DNA of 64,000 nucleotides, from contig OZ037766.1 of NCBI GenBank assembly GCA_964035545.1, positions 992,001-1,056,000 of the forward strand, in the 5' to 3' direction. Of this stretch, positions 25,101 to 40,100 are shown piece by piece (the stretch's first letter is position 1; every line of letters begins with the position of its first letter). The notes under the pieces were generated by a model. That model was not told the origin of the DNA and did not search any database. It saw only the letters and a list, made by a program, of their open reading frames with translations. The translations under genes and the position numbers were made by a program. The DNA comes from Bugula neritina (Eukaryota > Animalia > Bryozoa).

Positions 25101-28100
25101 CAGAAGATGAATATGGGAACTTTTCAGCGTCTATAGAGATGATTCTGAGGAATAACTGTACAGGTGTTGACGAGTACTGGGCAACATGGGGTGTATGCAA
25201 CATGATGTTTCCACGCTGTCTTCTAGGATTTGAACTTCAGCTGTGCAGAAATACTTGTCTTGGTATGTGCTGGAATTGACTATTGTTTTTTCATAGATAA
25301 CTCGGCTCACTGGGCCAACGGATGGATTACATCGCCAATGTTCAAATGCAATGCGATGCATCGTCAGAGTTTACAATAGCTTCACCATGAAACGCTGACT
25401 TGTGGCCTTCTTTCAAAAGCAAACAGTGGATTTAATAAATTTTTGTATGTCAAATTTTCTAGAAAACATTGTAAAGGTTAACTTTTTTGAATGTTGTAGA
25501 CGGTGTGAGATACTCGTGTCACGGCGAAGGTAGAGACTATCTGGAATCATTATGTATGAAGTTGCCCGAAGAAGAATGCCTACCCGCAATTGAGTCACCC
25601 GTGCAGCCCTGTGGCGAGCATGAGTTTTCTTGTGGGGATGGTCAGTGCATTCCAGGTCTGGGGGTTTGCAACAATAAGTACGAGTGTCTCAGTGGAGCCG
25701 ACGAAGAAGAATGGTACGTAATTTTTTATGATTGAGGTTGACAGGTAGACTGTGGAATTTGTGCAAATCCTTTTTCATAATATGTCAGAAATTCAAAATA
25801 TAAGTTTTTTATTTGAGCAGGCAAATCTAAACATTGCGTTTTATTGCGTATTTGCAGCGACGCCAAATGCTCAGCAGAAGTTCCAGCCGAGTGTGCCGAA
25901 TTCATCCCATATACAACTTATCCCAACAAGTTGTTTAATCTAACCACAGAAGATGAATATGGGAACTTTTCAGCGTCTATAGAGATGATTCTGAGGAATA
26001 ACTGTACAGATGTTGACGAGTACTGGGCAACATGGGGTGTATGCAACATGATGTTTCCACGCTGTCTTCTAGGATTTGAACTTCAGCTGTGCAGAAATAC
26101 TTGTCTTGGTATGTGCTGGAATTGACTATTGTTTTTTCATAGATAACTCGGCTCACTGGGCCAACGGATGGATTACATCGCCAATGTTCAAATGCAATGC
26201 GATGCATCGTCAGAGTTTACAATGGCTTCACCATGAAACGCTGGCTTGTGGCCTTCTTTCAAAAGCAAACAGTGGATTTAATAAATTTTTGTATGTCAAA
26301 TTTTCTAGAAAACATTGTAAAGGTTAACTTTTTTGAATGTTGTAGACGGTGTGAGATACTCGTGTCACGGCGAAGGTAGAGACTATCTGGAATCATTATG
26401 TATGAAGTTGCCCGAAGAAGAATGCCTACCCGCAATTGAGTCACCCGTGCAGCCCTGTGGCGAGCATGAGTTTTCTTGTGGGGATGGTCAGTGCATTCCA
26501 GGTCTGGGGGTTTGCAACAATAAGTACGAGTGTCTCAGTGGAGCCGACGAAGAAGAATGGTACGTAATTTTTTATGATTGAGGTTGACAGGTAGACTGTG
26601 GAATTTGTGCAAATCCTTTTTCATAATATGTCAGAAATTCAAAATATAAGTTTTTTATTTGAGCAGGCAAATCTAAACATTGCGTTTTATTGCGTATTTG
26701 CAGCGACGCCAAATGCTCAGCAGAAGTTCCAGCCGAGTGTGCCGAATTCATCCCATATACAACTTATCCCAACAAGTTGTTTAATCTAACCACAGAAGAT
26801 GAATATGGGAACTTTTCAGCGTCTATAGAGATGATTCTGAGGAATAACTGTACAGATGTTGATGAGTACTGGGCAACATGGGGTGTATGCAACATGATGT
26901 TTCCACGCTGTCTTCTAGGATTTGAACTTCAGCTGTGCAGAAATACTTGTCTTGGTATGTGCTGGAATTGACTATTGTTTTTTCATAGATAACTCGGCTC
27001 ACTGGGCCAACGGATGGATTACATCGCCAATGTTCAAATGCAATGCGATGCATCGTCAGAGTTTACAATGGCTTCACCATGAAACGCTGGCTTGTGGCCT
27101 TCTTCCAAAAGCAAACAGTGAATTTAATAAATTTTTGTATGTCAAATTTTCTAGAAAACATTGTAAAGGTTAACTTTTTTGAATGTTGTAGACGGTGTGA
27201 GATACTCGTGTCACGGCGAAGGTAGAGACTATCTGGAATCATTATGTATGAAGTTGCCCGAAGAAGAATGCCTACCCGCAATTGAGTCACCCGTTCAGCC
27301 CTGTGGCGAGCATGAGTTTTCTTGTGGGGGTGGTCAGTGCATTCCAGGTCTCGGGGTTTGCAACAATAAGTACGAGTGTCTCAGTGGAGCCGACGAAGAA
27401 GAATGGTACGTAATTTTTTATGATTGAGGTTGACAGGTAGACTGTGGAATTTGTGCAAATATTTTTTCATAATATGTCAGAAGTTCAAAACATAAGTTTT
27501 TTATTTGAGCAGGCAAATCTAAACATTGCGTTTTATTGTGTATTTGCAGCGACGCCAAATGCTCAGCAGAAGTTCCAGCCGAGTGTGCCGAATTCATCCC
27601 ATATACAACTTATCCCAACAAGTTGTTTAATCTAACCACAGAAGATGAATATGGGAACTTTTCAGCGTCTATAGAGATGATTCTGAGGAATAACTGTACA
27701 GATGTTGATGAGTACTGGGCAACATGGGGTGTATGCAACATGATGTTTCCACGCTGTCTTCTAGGATTTGAACTTCAGCTGTGCAGAAATACTTGTCTTG
27801 GTATGTGCTGGAATTGACTATTGTTTTTTCATAGATAACTCGGCTCACTGGGCCAACGGATGGATTACATCGCCAATGTTCAAATGCAATGCGATGCATC
27901 GTCAGAGTTTACAATAGCTTCACCATGAAACGCTGGCTTGTGGCCTTCTTTCAAAAGCAAACAGTGGATTTAATAAATTTTTGTATGTCAAATTTTCTAG
28001 AAAACATTGTAAAGGTTAACTTTTTTGAATGTTGTAGACGGTGTGAGATACTCGTGTCACGGCGAAGGTAGAGACTATCTGGAACCATTATGTATGAAGT

Positions 28101-31100
28101 TGCCCGAAGAAGAATGCCTACCCGCAATTGAGTCACCCGTTCAGCCCTGTGGCGAGCATGAGTTTTCTTGTGGGGATGGTCAGTGCATTCCAGGTCTGGG
28201 GGTTTGCAACAATAAGTACGAGTGTCTCAGTGGAGCCGACGAAGAAGAATGGTACGTGATTTTTTATGATTGAGGTTGACAGGTAGACTGTGGAATTTGT
28301 GCAAATCTTTTTTCATAATATGTCGGAAATTCAAAACATAAGATTTTTATTTGAGCAGGCAAATCTAAACATTGCGTTTTATTGCGTATTTGCAGCGACG
28401 CCAAATGCTCAGCAGAAGTTCCAGCCGAGTGTGCCGAATTCATCCCATATACAACTTATCCCAACAAGTTGTTTAATCTAACCACAGAAGATGAATATGG
28501 GAAATTTTCAGCGTCTATAGAGATGATTCTGAGGAATAACTGTACAGGTGTTGATGAGTACTGGGCAACATGGGGTGTATGCAACATGATGTTTCCACGC
28601 TGTCTTCTAGGATTTGAACTTCAGCTGTGCAGAAATACTTGTCTTGGTATGTGCTGGAATTGACTATTGTTTTTTCATAGATAACTCGGCTCACTGGGCC
28701 AACGGATGGATTACATCGCCAATGTTCAAATGCAATGCGATGCATCGTCAGAGTTTACAATAGCTTCACCATGAAACGCTGACTTGTGGCCTTCTTTCAA
28801 AAGCAAACAGTGGATTTAATAAATTTTTGTATGTCAAATTTTCTAGAAAACATTGTAAAGGTTAACTTTTTTGAATGTTGTAGACGGTGTGAGATACTCG
28901 TGTCACGGCGAAGGTAGAGACTATCTGGAATCATTATGTATGAAGTTGCCCGAAGAAGAATGCCTACCCGCAATTGAGTCACCCGTGCAGCCCTGTGGCG
29001 AGCATGAGTTTTCTTGTGGGGATGGTCAGTGCATTCCAGGTCTGGGGGTTTGCAACAATAAGTACGAGTGTCTCAGTGGAGCCGACGAAGAAGAATGGTA
29101 CGTAATTTTTTATGATTGAGGTTGACAGGTAGACTGTGGAATTTGTGCAAATCCTTTTTCATAATATGTCGGAAATTCAAAACATAAGATTTTTATTTGA
29201 GCAGGCAAATCTAAACATTGCGTTTTATTGCGTATTTGCAGCGACGCCAAGTGCTCAGCAGAAGTTCCAGCCGAGTGTGCCGAATTCATCCCATATACAA
29301 CTTATCCCAACAAGTTGTTTAATCTAACCACAGAAGATGAATATGGGAAATTTTCAGCGTCTATAGAGATGATTCTGAGGAATAACTGTACAGGTGTTGA
29401 TGAGTACTGGGCAACATGGGGTGTATGCAACATGATGTTTCCACGCTGTCTTCTAGGATTTGAACTTCAGCTGTGCAGAAATACTTGTCTTGGTATGTGC
29501 TGGAATTGACTATTGTTTTTTCATAGATAACTCGGCTCACTGGGCCAACGGATGGATTACATCGCCAATGTTCAAATGCAATGCGATGCATCGTCAGAGT
29601 TTACAATGGCTTCACCTTGAAACGCTGGCTTGTGACCTTCTTTCAAAAGCAAACAGTCAATTTAATAAATTTTTTCATAACAAATTTTCTAGAAAACATT
29701 GTCGAAGCTAGCTTTTTTTAATGTTGTAGACGGTGTGAGCTACTCGTGTCACGGCGAAGGTAGAGACTATCTGGAATCATTATGTATGAAGTTGCCCGAA
29801 GAAGAATGCCTACCCGCAATTGAGTCACCCGTTCAGCCCTGTGGCGAGCATGAGTTTTCTTGTGGGGGTGGTCAGTGCATTCCAGGTCTGGGGGTTTGCA
29901 ACAATAAGTACGAGTGCCTCAGTGGAGCCGACGAAAAAGAATGGTACGTGATTTTTATGATTGAGGTTGACGGGTAGACCGTTGAATTTGCGCAAATATT
30001 TTTTCATAATATGTCAGATATTGAAAACATAAGTCTTTTATTTGGGCAGGCAAATCTAAACATTGCGTTTTATCGTGTCTTTACAGCGACGCCATATGCT
30101 CAGCAGAAGTTCCAGCCGAGTGTGCCGAATTCATCCCATATACAACTTATCCCAACAAGTTGTTTAATCTAACCACAGAAGATGAATATGGGAACTTTTC
30201 AGCGTCTATAGAGATGATTCTGAGGAATAACTGTACAGATGTTGATGAGTACTGGGCAACATGGGGTGTATGCAACATGATGTTTCCACGCTGTCTTCTA
30301 GGATTTGAACTTCAGCTGTGCAGAAATACTTGTCTTGGTATGTGCTAGAATTGACTATTGTTTTTCATAGATAAATCGGTTCACTGGGCCAACGGATGGA
30401 TTACATCGCCAATGTTCAAATGCAATGCGATGCATCGTCAGAGTTTACAATGGCTTCACCATGAAACGCTGGCTTGTGGCCTTCTTTCAAAAGCAAACAG
30501 TGAATTTAATAAATTTTTTTATAACAAATTTTCTAGAAAACATTGTTGAGGTTGGCTCTTTTGAATGTTGTAGACGGTGTGAGCTACTCGTGTCACGGCG
30601 AAGGTAGAGACTATCTGGAATCATTATGTATGAAGTTGCCCGAAGAAGAATGCCTACCCGCAATGGAGTCACCCGTTCAGCCCTGTGGCGAGCATGAGTT
30701 TTCTTGTGGGGGTGGTCAGTGCATTCCAGGTCTCGGGGTTTGCAACAATAAATACGAGTGTCTTAGTGGAGCCGACGAAGAAGAATGGTACGTAATTTTT
30801 TATGATTGAGGTTGACAGGTAGACTGTGGAATTTGTGGAAATCTTTTTTCTCAATATTTCAGAAATTCAAAACTTTAATTTGTTTATTTGGGCAGGCAAA
30901 TCTAAACATTGCGTTTTATCGTGTCTCTACAGCGACGCCAAATGCTCAGCAGAAGTTCCAGCCGAGTGTGCCGAATTCATCCCATATACAACTTATCCCA
31001 ACAAGTTGTTTAATCTAACCACAGAAGATGAATATGGGAACTTTTCAGCGTCTATAGAGATGATTCTGAGGAATAACTGTACAGATGTTGATGAGTACTG

Positions 31101-34100
31101 GGCAACATGGGGTGTATGCAACATGATGTTTCCACGCTGTCTTCTAGGATTTGAACTTCAGCTGTGCAGAAATACTTGTCTTGGTATGTGCTGGAATTGA
31201 CTATTGTTTTTTCATAGATAACTCGGCTCACTGGGCCAAAGGATGGATTACATCGCCAATGTTCAAATGCAATGCGATGCATCGTCAGAGTTTAGAATAG
31301 CTTCACCATGAAACGCTGGCTTGTGGCCTTCTTTCAAAAGCAAACAGTGAATTTAATAAATTTTTTCATAACAAATTTTCTAGAAAACATTGTTGAGGTT
31401 AGTTTTTTTGAATGTTGTAGACGGTGTGAGATACTCGTGTCACGGCGAAGGTAGAGACTATCTGGAATCATTATGTATGAAGTTGCCCGAAGAAGAATGC
31501 CTACCCGCAATTGAGTCACCCGTTCAGCCCTGTGGCGAGCATGAGTTTTCTTGTGGGGATGGTCAGTGCATTCCAGGTCTGGGGGTTTGCAACAATAAGT
31601 ACGAGTGTCTCAGTGGAGCCGACGAAGAAGAATGGTACGTGATTTTTTATGATTGAGGTTGACAGGTAGACTGTGGAATTTGTGCAAATCTTTTTTCATA
31701 ATATGTCGGAAATTCAAAACATAAGATTTTTATTTGAGCAGGCAAATCTAAACATTGCGTTTTATTGCGTATTTGCAGCGACGCCAAATGCTCAGCAGAA
31801 GTTCCAGCCGAGTGTGCCGAATTCATCCCATATACAACTTATCCCAACAAGTTGTTTAATCTAACCACAGAAGATGAATATGGGAACTTTTCAGCGTCTA
31901 TAGAGATGATTCTGAGGAATAACTGTACAGATGTTGATGAGTACTGGGCAACATGGGGTGTATGCAACATGATGTTTCCACGCTGTCTTCTAGGATTTGA
32001 ACTTCAGCTGTGCAGAAATACTTGTCTTGGTATGTGCTGGAATTGACTATTGTTTTTTCATAGATAACTCGGCTCACTGGGCCAACGGATGGATTACATC
32101 GCCAATGTTCAAATGCAATGCGATGCATCGTCAGAGTTTACAATAGCTTCACCATGAAACGCTGGCTTGTGGCCTTCTTTCAAAAGCAAACAGTGGATTT
32201 AATAAATTTTTGTATGTCAAATTTTCTAGAAAACATTGTAAAGGTTAACTTTTTTGAATGTTGTAGACGGTGTGAGATACTCGTGTCACGGCGAAGGTAG
32301 AGACTATCTGGAATCATTATGTATGAAGTTGCCCGAAGAAGAATGCCTACCCGCAATTGAGTCACCCGTTCAGCCCTGTGGCGAGCATGAGTTTTCTTGT
32401 GGGGATGGTCAGTGCATTCCAGGTCTGGGGGTTTGCAACAATAAGTACGAGTGTCTCAGTGGAGCCGACGAAGAAGAATGGTACGTGATTTTTTATGATT
32501 GAGGTTGACAGGTAGACTGTGGAATTTGTGCAAATCTTTTTTCATAATATGTCGGAAATTCAAAACATAAGATTTTTATTTGAGCAGGCAAATCTAAACA
32601 TTGCGTTTTATTGCGTATTTGCAGCGACGCCAAATGCTCAGCAGAAGTTCCAGCCGAGTGTGCCGAATTCATCCCATATACAACTTATCCCAACAAGTTG
32701 TTTAATCTAACCACAGAAGATGAATATGGGAAATTTTCAGCGTCTATAGAGATGATTCTGAGGAATAACTGTACAGGTGTTGATGAGTACTGGGCAACAT
32801 GGGGTGTATGCAACATGATGTTTCCACGCTGTCTTCTAGGATTTGAACTTCAGCTGTGCAGAAATACTTGTCTTGGTATGTGCTGGAATTGACTATTGTT
32901 TTTTCATAGATAACTCGGCTCACTGGGCCAACGGATGGATTACATCGCCAATGTTCAAATGCAATGCGATGCATCGTCAGAGTTTACAATAGCTTCACCA
33001 TGAAACGCTGGCTTGTGGCCTTCTTTCAAAAGCAAACAGTGGATTTAATAAATTTTTGTATGTCAAATTTTCTAGAAAACATTGTAAAGGTTAACTTTTT
33101 TGAATGTTGTAGACGGTGTGAGATACTCGTGTCACGGCGAAGGTAGAGACTATCTGGAATCATTATGTATGAAGTTGCCCGAAGAAGAATGCCTACCCGC
33201 AATTGAGTCACCCGTTCAGCCCTGTGGCGAGCATGAGTTTTCTTGTGGGGATGGTCAGTGCATTCCAGGTCTGGGGGTTTGCAACAATAAGTACGAGTGT
33301 CTCAGTGGAGCCGACGAAGAAGAATGGTACGTGATTTTTTATGATTGAGGTTGACAGGTAGACTGTGGAATTTGTGCAAATCTTTTTTCATAATATGTCG
33401 GAAATTCAAAACATAAGATTTTTATTTGAGCAGGCAAATCTAAACATTGCGTTTTATTGCGTATTTGCAGCGACGCCAAATGCTCAGCAGAAGTTCCAGC
33501 CGAGTGTGCCGAATTCATCCCATATACAACTTATCCCAACAAGTTGTTTAATCTAACCACAGAAGATGAATATGGGAAATTTTCAGCGTCTATAGAGATG
33601 ATTCTGAGGAATAACTGTACAGGTGTTGATGAGTACTGGGCAACATGGGGTGTATGCAACATGATGTTTCCACGCTGTCTTCTAGGATTTGAACTTCAGC
33701 TGTGCAGAAATACTTGTCTTGGTATGTGCTGGAATTGACTATTGTTTTTTCATAGATAACTCGGCTCACTGGGCCAACGGATGGATTACATCGCCAATGT
33801 TCAAATGCAATGCGATGCATCGTCAGAGTTTACAATAGCTTCACCATGAAACGCTGACTTGTGGCCTTCTTTCAAAAGCAAACAGTGGATTTAATAAATT
33901 TTTGTATGTCAAATTTTCTAGAAAACATTGTAAAGGTTAACTTTTTTGAATGTTGTAGACGGTGTGAGATACTCGTGTCACGGCGAAGGTAGAGACTATC
34001 TGGAATCATTATGTATGAAGTTGCCCGAAGAAGAATGCCTACCCGCAATTGAGTCACCCGTGCAGCCCTGTGGCGAGCATGAGTTTTCTTGTGGGGATGG

Positions 34101-37100
34101 TCAGTGCATTCCAGGTCTGGGGGTTTGCAACAATAAGTACGAGTGTCTCAGTGGAGCCGACGAAGAAGAATGGTACGTGATTTTTTATGATTGAGGTTGA
34201 CAGGTAGACTGTGGAATTTGTGCAAATCCTTTTTCATAATATGTCGGAAATTCAAAACATAAGATTTTTATTTGAGCAGGCAAATCTAAACATTGCGTTT
34301 TATTGCGTATTTGCAGCGACGCCAAGTGCTCAGCAGAAGTTCCAGCCGAGTGTGCCGAATTCATCCCATATACAACTTATCCCAACAAGTTGTTTAATCT
34401 AACCACAGAAGATGAATATGGGAAATTTTCAGCGTCTATAGAGATGATTCTGAGGAATAACTGTACAGGTGTTGATGAGTACTGGGCAACATGGGGTGTA
34501 TGCAACATGATGTTTCCACGCTGTCTTCTAGGATTTGAACTTCAGCTGTGCAGAAATACTTGTCTTGGTATGTGCTGGAATTGACTATTGTTTTTTCATA
34601 GATAACTCGGCTCACTGGGCCAACGGATGGATTACATCGCCAATGTTCAAATGCAATGCGATGCATCGTCAGAGTTTACAATAGCTTCACCATGAAACGC
34701 TGACTTGTGGCCTTCTTTCAAAAGCAAACAGTGGATTTAATAAATTTTTGTATGTCAAATTTTCTAGAAAACATTGTAAAGGTTAACTTTTTTGAATGTT
34801 GTAGACGGTGTGAGATACTCGTGTCACGGCGAAGGTAGAGACTATCTGGAATCATTATGTATGAAGTTGCCCGAAGAAGAATGCCTACCCGCAATTGAGT
34901 CACCCGTGCAGCCCTGTGGCGAGCATGAGTTTTCTTGTGGGGATGGTCAGTGCATTCCAGGTCTGGGGGTTTGCAATAATAAGTACGAGTGTCTCAGTGG
35001 AGCCGACGAAGAAGAATGGTACGTAATTTTTTATGATTGAGGTTGACAGGTAGACTGTGGAATTTGTGCAAATCCTTTTTCATAATATGTCAGAAATTCA
35101 AAATATAAGTTTTTTATTTGAGCAGGCAAATCTAAACATTGCGTTTTATTGTGTATTTGCAGCGACGCCAAGTGCTCAGCAGAAGTTCCAGCCGAGTGTG
35201 CCGAATTCATCCCATATACAACTTATCCCAACAAGTTGTTTAATCTAACCACAGAAGATGAATATGGGAACTTTTCAGCGTCTATAGAGATGATTCTGAG
35301 GAATAACTGTACAGGTGTTGATGAGTACTGGGCAACATGGGGTGTATGCAACATGATGTTTCCACGCTGTCTTCTAGGATTTGAACTTCAGCTGTGCAGA
35401 AATACCTGTCTTGGTATGTGCTAGAATTGACTATTGATTTTTCATAGACAAATCGGTTCACTGGGCCAACGGATGGATTACATCGCCAATGTTCAAATGC
35501 AATGCGATGCATCGTCAGAGTTTACAATGGCTTCACCTTGAAACGCTGGCTTGTGACCTTCTTTCAAAAGCAAACAGTCAATTTAATAAATTTTTTCATA
35601 ACAAATTTTCTAGAAAACATTGTCGAAGCTAGCTTTTTTTAATGTTGTAGACGGTGTGAGCTACTCGTGTCACGGCGAAGGTAGAGACTATCTGGAATCA
35701 TTATGTATGAAGTTGCCCGAAGAAGAATGCCTACCCGCAATTGAGTCACCCGTTCAGCCCTGTGGCGAGCATGAGTTTTCTTGTGGGGGTGGTCAGTGCA
35801 TTCCAGGTCTGGGGGTTTGCAACAATAAGTACGAGTGCCTCAGTGGAGCCGACGAAAAAGAATGGTACGTGATTTTTATGATTGAGGTTGACGGGTAGAC
35901 CGTTGAATTTGCGCAAATATTTTTTCATAATATGTCAGATATTGAAAACATAAGTCTTTTATTTGGGCAGGCAAATCTAAACATTGCGTTTTATCGTGTC
36001 TTTACAGCGACGCCATATGCTCAGCAGAAGTTCCAGCCGAGTGTGCCGAATTCATCCCATATACAACTTATCCCAACAAGTTGTTTAATCTAACCACAGA
36101 AGATGAATATGGGAACTTTTCAGCGTCTATAGAGATGATTCTGAGGAATAACTGTACAGATGTTGATGAGTACTGGGCAACATGGGGTGTATGCAACATG
36201 ATGTTTCCACGCTGTCTTCTAGGATTTGAACTTCAGCTGTGCAGAAATACCTGTCTTGGTATGTGCTAGAATTGACTATTGTTTTTCATAGATAAATCGG
36301 TTCACTGGGCCAACGGATGGATTACATCGCCAATGTTCAAATGCAATGCGATGCATCGTCAGAGTTTACAATGGCTTCACCATGAAACGCTGGCTTGTGG
36401 CCTTCTTTCAAAAGCAAACAGTGAATTTAATAAATTTTTTTATAACAAATTTTCTAGAAAACATTGTTGAGGTTGGCTCTTTTGAATGTTGTAGACGGTG
36501 TGAGCTACTCGTGTCACGGCGAAGGTAGAGACTATCTGGAATCATTATGTATGAAGTTGCCCGAAGAAGAATGCCTACCCGCAATGGAGTCACCCGTTCA
36601 GCCCTGTGGCGAGCATGAGTTTTCTTGTGGGGGTGGTCAGTGCATTCCAGGTCTCGGGGTTTGCAACAATAAATACGAGTGTCTTAGTGGAGCCGACGAA
36701 GAAGAATGGTACGTGATTTTTTATGATTGAGGTTGACAGGTAGACTGTGGAATTTGTGGAAATCTTTTTTCTCAATATTTCAGAAATTCAAAACTTTAAT
36801 TTGTTTATTTGGGCAGGCAAATCTAAACATTGCGTTTTATCGTGTCTCTACAGCGACGCCAAATGCTCAGCAGAAGTTCCAGCCGAGTGTGCCGAATTCA
36901 TCCCATATACAACTTATCCCAACAAGTTGTTTAATCTAACCACAGAAGATGAATATGGGAACTTTTCAGCGTCTATAGAGATGATTCTGAGGAATAACTG
37001 TACAGATGTTGATGAGTACTGGGCAACATGGGGTGTATGCAACATGATGTTTCCACGCTGTCTTCTAGGATTTGAACTTCAGCTGTGCAGAAATACTTGT

Positions 37101-40100
37101 CTTGGTATGTGCTGGAATTGACTATTGTTTTTTCATAGATAACTCGGCTCACTGGGCCAAAGGATGGATTACATCGCCAATGTTCAAATGCAATGCGATG
37201 CATCGTCAGAGTTTAGAATAGCTTCACCATGAAACGCTGGCTTGTGGCCTTCTTTCAAAAGCAAACAGTGAATTTAATAAATTTTTTCATAACAAATTTT
37301 CTAGAAAACATTGTTGAGGTTAGTTTTTTTGAATGTTGTAGACGGTGTGAGATACTCGTGTCACGGCGAAGGTAGAGACTATCTGGAATCATTATGTATG
37401 AAGTTGCCCGAAGAAGAATGCCTACCCGCAATTGAGTCACCCGTTCAGCCCTGTGGCGAGCATGAGTTTTCTTGTGGGGATGGTCAGTGCATTCCAGGTC
37501 TGGGGGTTTGCAACAATAAGTACGAGTGTCTCAGTGGAGCCGACGAAGAAGAATGGTACGTGATTTTTTATGATTGAGGTTGACAGGTAGACTGTGGAAT
37601 TTGTGCAAATCTTTTTTCATAATATGTCGGAAATTCAAAACATAAGATTTTTATTTGAGCAGGCAAATCTAAACATTGCGTTTTATTGCGTATTTGCAGC
37701 GACGCCAAATGCTCAGCAGAAGTTCCAGCCGAGTGTGCCGAATTCATCCCATATACAACTTATCCCAACAAGTTGTTTAATCTAACCACAGAAGATGAAT
37801 ATGGGAACTTTTCAGCGTCTATAGAGATGATTCTGAGGAATAACTGTACAGATGTTGATGAGTACTGGGCAACATGGGGTGTATGCAACATGATGTTTCC
37901 ACGCTGTCTTCTAGGATTTGAACTTCAGCTGTGCAGAAATACTTGTCTTGGTATGTGCTGGAATTGACTATTGTTTTTTCATAGATAACTCGGCTCACTG
38001 GGCCAACGGATGGATTACATCGCCAATGTTCAAATGCAATGCGATGCATCGTCAGAGTTTACAATAGCTTCACCATGAAACGCTGGCTTGTGGCCTTCTT
38101 TCAAAAGCAAACAGTGGATTTAATAAATTTTTGTATGTCAAATTTTCTAGAAAACATTGTAAAGGTTAACTTTTTTGAATGTTGTAGACGGTGTGAGATA
38201 CTCGTGTCACGGCGAAGGTAGAGACTATCTGGAATCATTATGTATGAAGTTGCCCGAAGAAGAATGCCTACCCGCAATTGAGTCACCCGTTCAGCCCTGT
38301 GGCGAGCATGAGTTTTCTTGTGGGGATGGTCAGTGCATTCCAGGTCTGGGGGTTTGCAACAATAAGTACGAGTGTCTCAGTGGAGCCGACGAAGAAGAAT
38401 GGTACGTGATTTTTTATGATTGAGGTTGACAGGTAGACTGTGGAATTTGTGCAAATCTTTTTTCATAATATGTCGGAAATTCAAAACATAAGATTTTTAT
38501 TTGAGCAGGCAAATCTAAACATTGCGTTTTATTGCGTATTTGCAGCGACGCCAAATGCTCAGCAGAAGTTCCAGCCGAGTGTGCCGAATTCATCCCATAT
38601 ACAACTTATCCCAACAAGTTGTTTAATCTAACCACAGAAGATGAATATGGGAAATTTTCAGCGTCTATAGAGATGATTCTGAGGAATAACTGTACAGGTG
38701 TTGATGAGTACTGGGCAACATGGGGTGTATGCAACATGATGTTTCCACGCTGTCTTCTAGGATTTGAACTTCAGCTGTGCAGAAATACTTGTCTTGGTAT
38801 GTGCTGGAATTGACTATTGTTTTTTCATAGATAACTCGGCTCACTGGGCCAACGGATGGATTACATCGCCAATGTTCAAATGCAATGCGATGCATCGTCA
38901 GAGTTTACAATAGCTTCACCATGAAACGCTGACTTGTGGCCTTCTTTCAAAAGCAAACAGTGGATTTAATAAATTTTTGTATGTCAAATTTTCTAGAAAA
39001 CATTGTAAAGGTTAACTTTTTTGAATGTTGTAGACGGTGTGAGATACTCGTGTCACGGCGAAGGTAGAGACTATCTGGAATCATTATGTATGAAGTTGCC
39101 CGAAGAAGAATGCCTACCCGCAATTGAGTCACCCGTGCAGCCCTGTGGCGAGCATGAGTTTTCTTGTGGGGATGGTCAGTGCATTCCAGGTCTGGGGGTT
39201 TGCAACAATAAGTACGAGTGTCTCAGTGGAGCCGACGAAGAAGAATGGTACGTAATTTTTTATGATTGAGGTTGACAGGTAGACTGTGGAATTTGTGCAA
39301 ATCCTTTTTCATAATATGTCGGAAATTCAAAACATAAGATTTTTATTTGAGCAGGCAAATCTAAACATTGCGTTTTATTGCGTATTTGCAGCGACGCCAA
39401 GTGCTCAGCAGAAGTTCCAGCCGAGTGTGCCGAATTCATCCCATATACAACTTATCCCAACAAGTTGTTTAATCTAACCACAGAAGATGAATATGGGAAA
39501 TTTTCAGCGTCTATAGAGATGATTCTGAGGAATAACTGTACAGGTGTTGATGAGTACTGGGCAACATGGGGTGTATGCAACATGATGTTTCCACGCTGTC
39601 TTCTAGGATTTGAACTTCAGCTGTGCAGAAATACTTGTCTTGGTATGTGCTGGAATTGACTATTGTTTTTTCATAGATAACTCGGCTCACTGGGCCAACG
39701 GATGGATTACATCGCCAATGTTCAAATGCAATGCGATGCATCGTCAGAGTTTACAATAGCTTCACCATGAAACGCTGACTTGTGGCCTTCTTTCAAAAGC
39801 AAACAGTGGATTTAATAAATTTTTGTATGTCAAATTTTCTAGAAAACATTGTAAAGGTTAACTTTTTTGAATGTTGTAGACGGTGTGAGATACTCGTGTC
39901 ACGGCGAAGGTAGAGACTATCTGGAATCATTATGTATGAAGTTGCCCGAAGAAGAATGCCTACCCGCAATTGAGTCACCCGTGCAGCCCTGTGGCGAGCA
40001 TGAGTTTTCTTGTGGGGATGGTCAGTGCATTCCAGGTCTGGGGGTTTGCAACAATAAGTACGAGTGTCTCAGTGGAGCCGACGAAGAAGAATGGTACGTA